Below, piece after piece: positions 48,561 through 60,948 of a stretch of DNA of 64,000 nucleotides. Both the position numbers and the translations under genes were made by a program. The notes beneath the pieces are model-generated. The model saw only the letters and a list, made by a program, of their open reading frames with translations. It searched no databases and was not told where the DNA came from. Source of the DNA: Anthoceros angustus (lineage: Eukaryota; Plantae; Anthocerotophyta); NCBI GenBank assembly GCA_010909165.1, contig MU008161.1:930001-994000 (forward strand). Reading direction: 5' to 3'. The first letter of the stretch is position 1; each line of letters starts with the position of its first letter.

Positions 48561-49299
48561 GACCAAAGTCTTTGAGTTGCGTCGAGCCGGTGATGAACCG
48601 GCGAGACTTCCGCCGGTGACACGAATGTCATGCCCGAAGACATGATTGACTCGGAAGACCTCGACAATGTGGAATCAACGGATGAGTCCACGCAGGCGTG
48701 GTGGTGGACCGGTGGATGGTGGACTGGAGAGGAGCCGGACGGTAGGCAACCTAATATTGTCAACTTTCCGGTTCCTTGTACCAGACCGTTATGTCCCCTC
48801 GGGCTTGAATGCGTGGATTGTTTTCGTCTTTTCGTGGAAAGGTTTAACTTGCCATCGGCATCATCTCTTTGTAGGAAGTTGACGGTGTGATAATGTCCGG
48901 AGCATGTAAACGGCGACTATGTCGAAACCGGATCCCAATGTGGTGCTCTAATTTTCTAACAATGTTCGGTGGTTTTGTCCGATTGAGGCGGCGAGGCCAA
49001 TGGTGATCATGCGTCATCTATGTTCGACCTTGCGGTGTGGCGAAGTGTTCCCGGAGGATGGTCACACCACAGGATGTCCGTGGCAAGGTATGTATGCCGC
49101 AGCAAGTGCGCCAATGTTTGTTTTCGGTTCTAGTTAGGGACCGCCTAATGACTATGGGGTGGAACGGACGGGTCGATCTCGGTGGCGGTGGCAGTTGACG
49201 GACGCACAAAAAGCGGCGTACGACGGGCTCAAGCAGCGTCTTCCTCCTGCCACGAGGTTGTCTTCCACCTCCTTTGTGGTTTGTGCACGCGCTCATCCC

Positions 49300-49440
49300 C
49301 TCCTCGGCGGAGGCCGTCCTCACGCCATGCTCCTCCACCTCCTTCCGACCTCGGCTGTATGGGTTTTGCCCTTTTGTCGCCCCTCCTCGGCGGAGCCGTC
49401 CTCACGCCATGCTCCTCCACCTCCTTCCGACCTCTGTATG
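49300..49440. repeat. ~83-bp direct repeat x2 (plus partial similarity)
   Basis: cctcctcggcggag(g)ccgtcctcacgccatgctcctccacctccttccgacctc at ~49300 and ~49383. Confidence 0.85.
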
Positions 49441-51505
49441 GGTTTTGCCTGTTTGATGTTGCCCTCTCCTTACGTCCCATCCATCCAACCTTCCCTTGAA
49501 CTAACTGCTTTGCAGCCCTTCCGGATGAGGACTCGCAGAGGTGGCTACGAGTCACCACCTCGTATCACAAGGGAGGATGTGGAGGCAAAGCGAGCGGCGG
49601 AGAAGGATGGAAGTTGCCCATCCAGACTTGTGTGGAGGCCATTTGGGTCTCCAGTGCAGCGTGGGCGGGGAAAGGATGGCGTGGCCATCTCCTTCCATGC
49701 GGAGGGTGGCGGTGGCATCGTAGATTTTCCGGATCGCAGGCGGTAGGAAAAAGCCAAGGGTGGAAGAGGACTATAGGATAGCGAAGGAGGGGTTCACGGA
49801 GGCGAAGCGAAGGGTGCAGCAACTCCAGCACAGTCGCAGGAAGGAGGGTGAAGGAAGAGCACGAGGACTGTCCGGTCCCAATTGTTTAGAGCTTCCGTGA
49901 CCTTGCTGCCGTGAGTCCATGCAGCACTTACGCGAATGAAGGTTGCCGCAGAGGAGGCTGTCGCCGGGAGCGGGGGGGTGGAAGTGAAGGAGGAGGCGTA
50001 AGCACTTACCTCTACCTTTTCGGAGTTGAGCATGGTTGTCGCCGCATGCACTAACGGGCTGTTCATTGTGGCGAGGCAGTGATGGGGACACCCTTGGCAA
50101 AGCGGAGAACTGGAGATAGGAGCGTGAAGTGGGTTACCTAGGTTTTTTTGCAAGCGATCAGACTAGAAGCGGGGCGGGAGGAAGAAAGGGAGGGAGAGGG
50201 GTTGGATGCTTCGTAGCTTTCTCGTGGCTTCAAGTCGAGTTGGGGCGGCAATCACATGATTTTGTGTATGTCAAGTTTTAGCGTCGATGTGCAAGCCATG
50301 GTCTGCGCAGTGTGAAGCGGAAACGGGGTTTGAGTTTGGGGAATGCCGATTCGGAATGTTTTGTCCGTCATACGGGTGGCTATGAGCCAACGGTCAATGT
50401 CACATGGCATGGACTAGAGGCGGTTACATGTGAACTACACCATAGCGGTTTTCCAATACTTTATTAGCGAAATGTATTCATCAGATATACTTTGTACCTT
50501 GGGGATGTATATTTGAATAATATTATTCCATGTATTTTACATGAATAACCCTAAGGCCCTAGCAGTGAGCCGCTAGTGATGCATTCATCCAATTGTGTAA
50601 CATGACGGTGTACACTTTTCCATATGCCGGTTGTAAAGGTAGCTTTGGTCGTAATGTATCCCAAAAGTGACGATTGAAATAAAGCCTAAATAAATGTTCT
50701 AGTCTGCACGCCATAAATTTATAAGGATCTCTACTTTTCTCCCGAATGCCTCTTTTGTTTAACCATGAGACATCGAGGTGTGGAAATATTGCCAATAAAT
50801 TTCAAGTTTTGATGAAGTGGAATGGGTTTGGGTGTCTGTCGTTGTATTTTTAGCAGCCGTTTCCCACAAACCCTCAAAATCAACGTTCCGAGTTTTCTTA
50901 AGTGCAAATTTTGATGACATATTTGGCCCGTCCCCGGAAAGTGGAGTGTGTCACTAGCCCTAAGGAGACCCAATGATTGGGTCCTGACGATCACTGCGAG
51001 GCTTTGCGGTCGAAGCACCCGGAGTCACTGGAGGATTTCAAGCTGTGGATGGCCAAGTTTCACTCCGACGGCTTGACTCACAGGCTGCACGGCTGGCCCC
51101 GACGCTATCGCCCCCTCCTAGATTTCATCACAACCTCTTCTACGAACTGGACGCACGACAAACATGTCCTGTGGGAGGAGATGAACGACCTCTACATCAT
51201 CGAGGACAGTGATCATGGAGGTTAGGACTGGTGGTCAACGGCTTTAGGCACCTTGGAGCAGGGGTTTTGTTAGGACATGGTGGTGGAGGCCTTTAGCGTT
51301 TAGGTTTGTAGGTTTCATCATATCTCACAACCTGTTTTGAGGAGGAAAAGTGTGTGTCCCCTTTGGTGCTTGGCCGCTCTTGGTTAGGGCGCCAAAGCAG
51401 ACATAACATCATGTGCTGTGAGAAAACAATCCGTACTAGAATCTAGGGTATATTCCTCTACATGTCTACGCCTTTCATTGCTTTCACGAGAAAAAAAATG
51501 GCCCA

Positions 51506-51528
51506 TCCCCTCTGTCCTCTTTGGTATG
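51506..51528 (-). repeat. Right inverted repeat of the giant element
   Basis: TCCCCTCTGTCCTCTTTGGTATG is the reverse complement of 27666-27688. Confidence 0.85.
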
Positions 51529-53442
51529 CCATAATTACTTTGTTGTCAATATGTACATATTATTTCACCCGGATTCTTTCACCCAGTTAGGGTCAAGTTC
51601 TCTTAAAAGACTGATACTTTGCCTCATGGGTTGCTGGAATCCGGCGAAGAGTCCGCTGGCCAACTGAAAGTGCGAGGACCTCTCATTTTGAAGGAACTGT
51701 GGTGGCTTGTATTTCGCTTGAACATATATGACTAGATACTTGTAGCTTGAGGTGACAAGGAAGACGTGCTTCACATTTTCTGTCCTCTGGTGGATCAAAA
51801 TCCTGGGGATCACTCGTCTCCTTGCACCTACTCTGTATCACCCTAAATGATGACGGGGCCGCTAGACTGCTCCTCTGATACAATCAAACAACTCGACAAT
51901 GTGCGTAGACACATGAGAGCAAACACATGACGAAGAAGAGAGAATACAAATTGTGTATTGAATTATGAGAGTGTGCGAAGGCATAAAACATGTTTGTACA
52001 CGGAGGAGTCGTGCCTGTTTGGATCGTGTCTCTTACGATGGTGCCTATTCAGATTGACGAGCATCATGACATGAACTGGTTTCACACACCCCCCTTGGAG
52101 CGAGATGATCTGAATCTAGCTATCACAAGTCTACAAGTCCTAACTTCGAGCAAAAGCCCTCATGTTTGACCTTTCCCCAGGGCTTTGTCAGAATGTCGAC
52201 GAGCTAGTTTTCAGTAGGTACGTACTTCAATATGAGAGCTCCTAAGTCTACCTTGAGGCGGAGGAAGTGATAACGTACGTCTATGTGCTTTGATCCCTCG
52301 TGAAATCTGAGATCTTTGGATAGAGCTATGACAGCTGTATTGTCACATATTAATTCCAAAGGTCCTTCCTGTGGGTATCCAAGGTCTCGAAGGAGTTGAA
52401 CTATCCATAGACTTCTTTGGCTGCGGAGGCTACAATATATTGATTCGGTGAGCTCGAGCAATCAGTCTGTTTCTTGATTTCAGCCATTACCAAGCATAAA
52501 GACATAACCACTTGTGGATTTCCTAGTGTCCGGATCGCCTGCATAGTCTGCATCAATCCAACCTATAAGCTTGGTGTGAGCTCATTAGGACCTCCTTTAT
52601 ACTGAATTCCATGGGTTCTTGTCGGTTGAAGATATCTAAGGATTCTCTTAGCCGCCACCCAATGTAACTTTCCAGGATTGGACAAGAACTGAGAAACATG
52701 GCGATTAGGACATGCTACATCTGGTCTAGTGTATTGAGCTAAATCTTTGAACAACACCAACTATGCTGCATACGGGGCGGTGCATCTCATGACTTCAACA
52801 TCTACCTGAGGTGACATTGTTTTACTTAATCTAGGGCCTATTTGCATAGGTGTATCTACATGTTTGCAGCTAGACATTTCATACTTGGTAAGTAAATTAG
52901 AAACATATGTCCCCTGATGTAAGGTGATGGTATGATTAGATGGATCCTGAGTAACCTGAATGCCAAGGCAGTATGTCATGCTACCATTATCTGTCATCTT
53001 GAATTCCTTCCTAAGAGTAGACTTGCACTCAACTAGGTAGGCTTCATCATTTGAAACCATTATCAAATCATCCACATAAAGACCCATCATAAGCATTTTC
53101 TGCCCTCTGTTTCTTGTGAAGACACTAGAGTCTACAGAGCTTTTAACATAGCCGAGGCTGAGTAAATACCGTAGAAGACATTACGACCTCTGGGAGGCTA
53201 TTCGATCCATATGAGTTTTCTTTAGAAGGCAGACCTTGGATTCTTGTCCTTTCACTTCATATCCAGGAGGCTGTGGTACGTAGATTTCTTCCTTTAAGAT
53301 TCCATGTAGAAAGGCCGTCTCCACATCTAGCTGTTGTATGAAGAGACTGTACAAAGCAGCTAAGGCTATCATCACACGAAGAGAGGTCAGTTTTACTACC
53401 GGACTAAAAATGCTTGATTCAGAATAGTCGACTCCACTCTTT

Positions 53443-56400
53443 TGTGTGAATCCCCTTGCTACTATTCTGGCCTTGAACCTGGCTAGGGAGCCATCTGCAT
53501 TGTGCTTCTTCCTCAGAACCCATTTGCTGCCTACAATGTTTCTTCCTTGTGGTGGATCAACCAAGGTCCATGTTTCGTTAGAAACCAAGGATTGATATTC
53601 ACTTTCCATTGCTTGCTTCCAGGAGTTGGATTCTTGTCCTTCAAGTGCTTCCTTGGCAGTACAATCGATAGAGAAAGAGCATGAGCAGAAAGGCCTTGTG
53701 ATTTGTCAAAAGTGAGGTCATGGAGTTTTACTTGAGGAATCCCTTTGTTTGTCCTAGTAGATTGTCTTGGGTTGTTGTCAGAAGTACTTTGAAGTTGATC
53801 ATGTCCAGCAACTTAGGGATCAGTCCTATTCCCCATGGTAGGCGGGATCAAAAGTTCATATGGTTCAGTGTCCTCATCCATCTGCAACACACGGTTAGCA
53901 GGAAGGCTTGCATCATTCCCCATCATTGGGCCGTTGAGGTTGTATGGATTTGGAGGAGTAAGCGCGGTGGGTTGGTGGAGTTGAAGGAGTGACCACGGGT
54001 TTGGGCGCCGCAGTGTAATGGTAGGGTTGGGCAGCACCAGTGTGGAGGCGGTGGAAGACATCTTCCTCAAAGGTGGTAATTAAGCGGCGAAGTCATGTCA
54101 TGATGCACTTGGAGAGGATTTGGGAGGGGGCACCTAGATGAGCTTCATAAAAATGGCGTTCTCGTGACGAAAACTTCGGTTGTGGCAATTGAAGAGCCTT
54201 AAACCCTTCACGCCGTTATCTTCCCCATCCCTCTACGAAGCTTGATGGAGCAGGGGTCTAGCTTCTTCTGCGATCTCGTGGGACATACTTGTATGCGTGC
54301 ATCCAAGACCTTGAGATGGGCGATGTTCGGTTTAGTCCATCCGGACTTCAAAGGTGTTTTATCTGCAGAGTTGAAGTTCATAGCGATTTTGGACATAGGA
54401 ACCTGAACGGCTACCCTGCACAAGTAGGTGGGGAGGCCAGCGGTGTGAAGAAGGCTGCGAACATCGTCCATGATGGAGGCGATGGCTGCTTTGCAGTGGT
54501 GTGAATCCCTTGCTACTGGCCTTGAACACAGCTAGGAGCCATGCATTGTGCTTCTTCCTCGAACCCATTTGCCTACAATGTTTCTTCCTTGTGGTGGATC
54601 AACCAAGGTCCATGTTTAGATTAGAAACCAAGGATTGATATTCACTTTCCATTGCTTGCTTCCAGGAGTTGGATTCTTGTCCTTCAAGTGCTTCCTTGAC
54701 AGGTACAATGTCAGCACTGAAGAGAGCATGAGCAGAAAGGCCTTGTGATTTGTCAAAAGTGAGGTCATGGAGTTTTACTTGAGGAATCCCTTTGTTTGTC
54801 CTAGTAGATTGTCTTGGGTTGTTGTCAGAAGTACTTTGAAGTTGATCATGTCCAGCAACTTAGGGATCAGTCCTATTCCCCATGGTAGGCGGGATCAAAA
54901 GTTCATATGGTTCGATGTCCTCATCCATCGCAACACGGTTAGCGAAGGCTTGCATCATTCCCCATCATTGGGCCGTTGAGGTTGTATGGATTTGGAGGAG
55001 TAGCGCGGTGGGTTGGTGGAGTTGAAGGAGTGACCACGGGTTTGGGCGCCGCAGTGTAATGGTAGGGTTGGGCAGCACCAGTGTGGAGGCGGTGGAAGAC
55101 ATCTTCCTCAAAGGTGGTAATTAAGCGGCGAAGTCATGTCATGATGCACTTGGAGAGGATTTGGGAGGGGCACCTAGATGAGCTTCATAAAAATGGCGTT
55201 CTCGTGACGAAAACTTCGGTTGTGGCAATTGAAGAGCCTTAAACCCTTCACGCCGTTATCTTCCCCATCCCTCTACGAAGCTTGATGGAGCAGGGGTCTA
55301 GCTTCTTCTGCGAATCTCGGTGGGACATACTTGTATGCGTGCATCCAAGACCTTGAGATGGCTGATGTTCGGTTTCAGTCCCATCCAGACTTCAAAAGGT
55401 GTTTTATCTGCAAGAGTTGAAGTTCCATAGCGATTTTGGACATAGGAACCTGAACGGCTACCCTGCACAAGTAGGTGGGGAGGCCAGCGGTGTGAAGAAG
55501 GCTGCGAACATCGTCCATGATGGAGGCGATGGCTGCTTTGCAGTGGTGTGAATCCTTGCTACTATTCGGCCTTGAACAGCTAGGAGCCATGCATTGTGCT
55601 TCTTCCTCAGAACCCATTTGCTGCCTACAATGTTTCTTCCTTGTGGTGGATCAACCAAGGTCCATGTTTCGTTAGAAACCAAGGATTGATATTCACTTTC
55701 CATTGCTTGCTTCCAGGAGTTGGATTCTTGTCCTTCAAGTGCTTCCTTGACAGGTACAATGTCAGCACTGAAGAGAGCATGAGCAGAAAGGCCTTGTGAT
55801 TTGTCAAAAGTGAGGTTTTTACTTGAGGAATCCCTTTGTTTGTCCTAGTAGATTGTCTTGGGTTGTTAGTACTTTGAAGTTGATCATGTCCGGCAACTTA
55901 GGGATCATCCTATTCCCCGTGGCGGGATCAAAAGTTCATATGGTTCAGTGTCCTCATCCATCTGCAACACACGGTTAGCAGGAAGGCTTGCATCATTCCC
56001 CCCTGTCATTGGGCCGTTGAGGTTGTATGGATTTGGAGGAGTAGCGCCAGTGGGTTGGTGGAGTTGAAGGAGTGACCACGGGTTTGGGCGCCGCAGTGTA
56101 ATGTGTAGGGTTGGGAGCGGCGATTGGAGGCGGGTGGAAGACATCTTCCTCAAAGGTGGTAATTAAAAGCGGCGAAGTCATGATGCACTTGGAGAGGATT
56201 TGGAGGAGCACCTAGGATGAGCTTCATAAAAATGGCGTTCTCGTGACGAAAACTTCGGTTGTGGCAATTGAAGAGCCTTAAACCCTTCACGCCGTTATCT
56301 TCCCCGTATCCTACGAAGGTAAGCTTGATGGAACGGGGGTCTAGCTTCTTGCGAATCTCCGGTGGGACATACTTGTATGCCGTGCATCCGAAGACCTTGA

Positions 56401-56612
56401 GATGGCTGATGTTCGGTTTCCGTCCCATCCAGACTTCAAAAGGTGTTTTATCTGCAAGAGTTGAAGTTCCGCAACGATTTTGGACATAGCAGACACAAAC
56501 GGCAGCCTCTGCCCACAAGTAGGTGGGGAGGCCAGCAGTGTGAAGAGAGCTGCGAACATCGTCCATGATGGAGCGATGGCAGCGCTCTGCTTTGCCCAAT
56601 TGTTGGTGCGAA
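53443..56612. repeat. ~1.05-kb internal segment (integrase end to RT start) in three tandem copies
   Basis: tgcattgtgcttcttcctc...ccaaggtccatg recurs at ~53497, ~54542 and ~55590. Confidence 0.92.
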
Positions 56613-58719
56613 TACGGGACAATTTTCTAGTGTTGTATCCCCTGCGAGAGGAGATGTCCCCAAAAAATGGTGATGTAAGTTCTCCTGCATTGTCAGTGCA
56701 AAAAATTTTGATCTTCTGTCCAGAGTGGTTCTCCGCATAAGCTTGAAATGTCTTGAAACAAGGAAATGCCTCGGGTTTGTGATTGAGGAAATAAAGGTGT
56801 GTCCAGTGACTAAAATCATCGAGCAGGACAAACATGCATAGTTTGCCTGAAAACGTTGTTGTCTGCATAGGTCCGCAAAGGTTAGCATGCACCAACTCAA
56901 GGATACAGGATGTTTGAGAGTGTGATCTAGGGTAGGGCTTGCTAGCGTGCTTACCTACGACACAGCCAGGGCATAGAGGTAAAGCGCCCAACTTGGAAGG
57001 TAACCCTAAGATCAGATTGTTGGTTGACATCCTCTGCATGCCCTGCAAGTGTAAGTGTGCCAAGCGCAAGTGCCATAAAGTAGTTGTAGCATCTATATTG
57101 GAAGCTACTAAACTGTGTGTGGTGTGCGATGAACGTAGGGATTCTGGCAGGATGCCTGAAGCCACATAAAACAACTTACCATTTTGGGGATAGAACAACT
57201 TCACTATTTGCCCGGATGCGTGTCTAAAGGTGATCAGACAACCTTTGTGAGTGAAGGAGATTTTGCTGTTTTGAGATCTAGTAGCTTGTGTGACTGACAT
57301 CAAATTGTGTGTCAGTGTAAGAACGTGCAGGACGTATTTTATGAAAGCTACATGATTTTGAAGCTGCACATTTACCACTGCCTTACCAACAGCTATATGT
57401 GGAGAGCTATCTCCCATGTAAACAGGTTTGTGGAGTGGGCAAAGAGGTATATTGGAAGAACCAATCCCTCCTTGGAGACATGTGCTCAATTGCTCCACTA
57501 TCAAGAAGCCACAGATCTTGAGGGGGTTTCTCAAAAATCGCCTCTGGTGGCGGTGAAGACATAGGAAGGGCCTTGATCACTGCCTTGCAGTGAAATTTGG
57601 TCTTGTATTAGGGTTGTGAATTCTTGCAGCTTTGTCCCTTTTCTTTTTTCTACAGTCACGTGCTATGTGACCTGGTTTCTGACAATAGTGACATGTCTTA
57701 TTTTTAGGTGCAGGATTTGGAGGAGGTTGTGGGATCCGTTGGGATCCATAAGTGGAGGAAGAAGGTTTGGGTTTCCAGCGCTTCTTACTGCCTACATAGA
57801 AAGCAGAGGTACTCGTAGGAGTACTTGAAGTAAGGTGCGATTGCCTTAGCCTAGCTTCATGCATTATTGTAGGAATTAATGTCGCTAGAGTTAACGGATT
57901 GCTAGGTGTTGCACTATTTGATTGGCCTGAAATAAAAGGGCCCCATGATGGGGGTAAAGCCCTCAAAAGATGCATCACCTAAGTCTCATCATCCAGGGAT
58001 ACTCCGGAGGAGATGACTGAATCTAGAGAAGCTTGCCAATTTTCTAAGAAATCTAGGACTGAATTTCCCTCTATTAGTTTAATTGATTGTAACTGTTCTT
58101 GTGCATATAGTCTAAATGCCTCCCCTCTAAGTATGTGGATTTTAGTTTATCCCACATATCCTTAGATGTAGTTAATCTTTTGATGAGAGGTATTAACCTA
58201 TCTTCCACATGCAGCAGAATGTCTGATCGTGCTTGTGTATCCTTGGTCAGCCATGCAGGTAAATCAGCATGTCCAGATGCAGGCTGAGCTTTTGTGCCAT
58301 CAACTACAGACCATGTGGAGCTTCTCAAGAGAAGCATTTCAATGCGGGTGGCCCAATTCAACTTATCAATTTGATAAGCCCTGTTGTTTGAGGGAGTAGC
58401 CATTGTGCTTGGCAAGGGTAATTGGAATCAAAGATTTTTTGTCATGATTTCTAGTTGTGACCTAATCTTCTCTAGGATTTCATAGATATCATGCTGTCTC
58501 CTGTAAATATCATCCACATAAATGAAAAGGGTAGAAAGTTGGCATCTGTTTTCATGATTTCTAGTTTGAGCGTAGCTCATTGATTGTCTAATGAGTTTGT
58601 GGGCTGTTTTATGATGTTAGAGAATGATTTCTGGCACTCTAAGACGAGGCAATGAATTGTGTCTATAGGTATTTTTCTATGTATGAGGAGAGACTTCTAT
58701 CAATCTGTTTGTAGAAGTT

Positions 58720-58950
58720 CGTCTCTTATTTCCACGGCATTGTGGACGGAGTCTATCCATTTTGATATGATATTTCTGGATTACATTCTATCCATTATAA
58801 GGCCTAGCAGAATGCTAAGCATTTCATTTCGTCTCTTATTTCCACGGCATTGTGGACGGAGTCTATCCATTTTGATATGATATTTATCCATTTTGATATG
58901 ATATTTCTGGATTACATTCTATCCATTATAAGGCCTAGCAGAATGCTAAA
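58720..58950. repeat. ~110-bp tandem duplication in the 5' UTR of copia 2
   Basis: tcgtctcttatttccacggcattgtggacggagtctatccattttgatatgatattt...gcagaatgctaa occurs twice. Confidence 0.85.
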
Positions 58951-59816
58951 CATTTCATTACGTTCTATTACTGCACGAGCTCTGATACCATGTGCGTAGA
59001 CACATGAGAGCAAAGACGAAGAAGAGAGAATACAATCTGTGTATTGAAGTATGAGAGTGTGCGAAGGCATAAAACATGTCTGTACAAGGAGGAGTCGTGC
59101 CTGTTCGGATCGTGTCTCTTACGATGGCGCCTATTCAGAACGACGAGCATCATGACATGAACTGGTTTCACACAGACAGAGCTCTAGGTTTACCGAGGCG
59201 TCGGCGACTCCGGCGCTGACGTGCTTGAAATTGTCACGGCTTCACATGCAAGTGCCAAAAAAACGTCTTAGGTTTTGGTGAACAAGGAGAAGGCTGGTGT
59301 TTGCAGCGAAGCTATTGGTGTGTAGTTGTCAGTCAGCCTTACCTACAAGAAATGAGAGCCATGGCTTAGACTCACAGGCATCCCAAAAACTTTAAGAGGG
59401 CAAGAAGAGGCAACCACGATCGTCGTGCCAAGATCATACAATGAATGGACCGCTCGGTGGTGAGTCCTAATGCTTGTCCCACCTTCACAACCCACATTTT
59501 GTCTGAGAACCGGGATTGCTTCCACCTTGTCTACAACGGAAAATCAAGCGATTCGGCCACCCTATGACAAGGATGACAGTTTTCGGAAAGCAAGACCAGA
59601 TATTCCAAAGCCTTTTAAACAGAGGGAACAGTTCGGAAGCAACAAGAAGCGTCACTCAACTTGGCCGCATCAAGAAGCGAGATCTCTACCAGAAAGATAG
59701 AAGAAGCACCTCAGAGAGAAAGAAAAATGCTAAAGACGCTCTCCCGCCCGATGTTTACTTACATCCCCAGCCTAGCTCACAACAAGAGGTTTGTGACCCT
59801 ACGGACCGGGAACAGC

Positions 59817-60649
59817 TCAGTGCTTGGACAGCTCCAAAACCTTCTTCCAGGCAGGGCGGGAAGAGATGTCCTCCCACCAGGCGTTCACATGCTTCCGGCT
59901 CCTGATCGGATCAGGCTTCCCGGCAATGTTGATCAAGTAGTGAGTGTAAGGCAGGTGGGAAAGATCTGCCAAGCTGAAGAAGTCCCCGGCAAGGTACTTG
60001 CTCTTGGACAGGCGCTCCTCGTAGATATCCAGCACCTTCTCCAACTCGGCCAGTTTCTCCTCCACAACCTTCTCATCGGTCTGGCCTCCTCGCCACTTGA
60101 TAAACACGAGCTGAAAGACGATGCTGGAGACCAGAGGGTTGTAATTCTGCGACTCCACCTCCAGCCACTGCTCAGTCAAAGCCGTATCCACGATGGTCTC
60201 CCCGTACAACAGGGTCCCCTCCAGGGCGTGCTTGTGCGCAACATGCCTCGCAATGGCACGCGATTCTGCAACCACGCCCTAACCCGTCAGCCGCGTAAAT
60301 CAAACATTCATTCCAATGCCACCCCATCTGCCCCGATCGGTGCCTTCCAACACCAAACGCTGCTTCCCACGCACCTCTGAGCTACCCACTGAACTCGGAA
60401 CAATAACACTCGCTGCAATGCATGCAACACTCCGTCAAAGAAACACTGACCGTAAAGAGTGACGTCCTCGTCCTCGTAGACAGGGATCACACCGAAAGGC
60501 TGCAGCTTGAGAAACTCGGGCTTCTTTTGCTCGCCAGCTCCCAGATTGATAGGGACCAGCTCCACGTCCTCCACTCCCTTCTCGTACAGAGTGGCCAGCA
60601 CCCTGCCGGTGCAGGTCGATCCGGCCATTCCATAAACCTTGGGAGCCAT
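59817..60649 (-). CDS. GSTF: Glutathione S-transferase, phi class; 2 exons (60649-60451, 60265-59817)
   Basis: MAPKVYGMAGSTCTGRVL...KPEFLKLQPFGVIPVYEDEDVTLY|ESRAIAR...EQWLEVES...YEERLSKSKYLAGDFFSLADLSHLP...VNAWWEDISSRPAWKKV; GT-AG intron 60450-60266. Confidence 0.95.
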
Positions 60650-60948
60650 TTCCACAAGAAAGCAAGCGACGAGCGGAAAGGAGCTGAGGCAGCAGGCAGG
60701 CAGACACGCAGGAAGTCAATAATGCTACTCGACGCCGCGCAGCGGGATATATATAGTACTGCCTAGCTCAGGGCTCGGCCCTCTGTGGGTCGATGAAACG
60801 ACGGACGCTAAAATGTCCGCAGTGCGACGTAGTTACAAAAATCAAGATACAGTACATCTGATTAGCGAGTAAGTGTTGTGTGTACAGGGATGTGGTTCCA
60901 ATATACACACTGGCAGGCGATGGAAGCCAGCTCCAAAGGCTGCTCGAG

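Larger units (their letters stand above)
27666..51528. mobile_element. Giant TIR-type DNA transposon (Sola-like transposase) carrying a ParB-DNA methyltransferase gene and other cargo; contains a nested copia
   Basis: Perfect 23-bp inverted repeats at 27666-27688 and 51506-51528. Transposase motifs at 46.3-47.6 kb (+). ParB-like and beta-class MTase motifs at 33.2-35.1 kb (-). No clean TSD found. Confidence 0.7.
51900..59174 (-). mobile_element. Full-length Ty1/copia LTR retrotransposon 2 (minus), degenerate, with internal triplication
   Basis: LTRs 51900-52088 and 58991-59174 (TGTGCGTAG...TTTCACACA). TSD GACAA/GACAG. PBS TGGTATCAGAGC (58979-58990); PPT AAGGGGGG next to 52089. Gag UBN2-like region, CHYCQKPGHIARDC knuckle, LWHLRLAHL, LELVHANLCGP, RT KARIVARGFTQ and LYVDDL, RNase H KHIDVRYHFLR. 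Confidence 0.96.

Noticed and set aside
51548-51561. 14-bp palindrome AATATGTACATATT just outside the right inverted repeat
   Set aside because: AT-rich single occurrence; the TGTACATA match to the LTR start at 23193 is only 8 bp.
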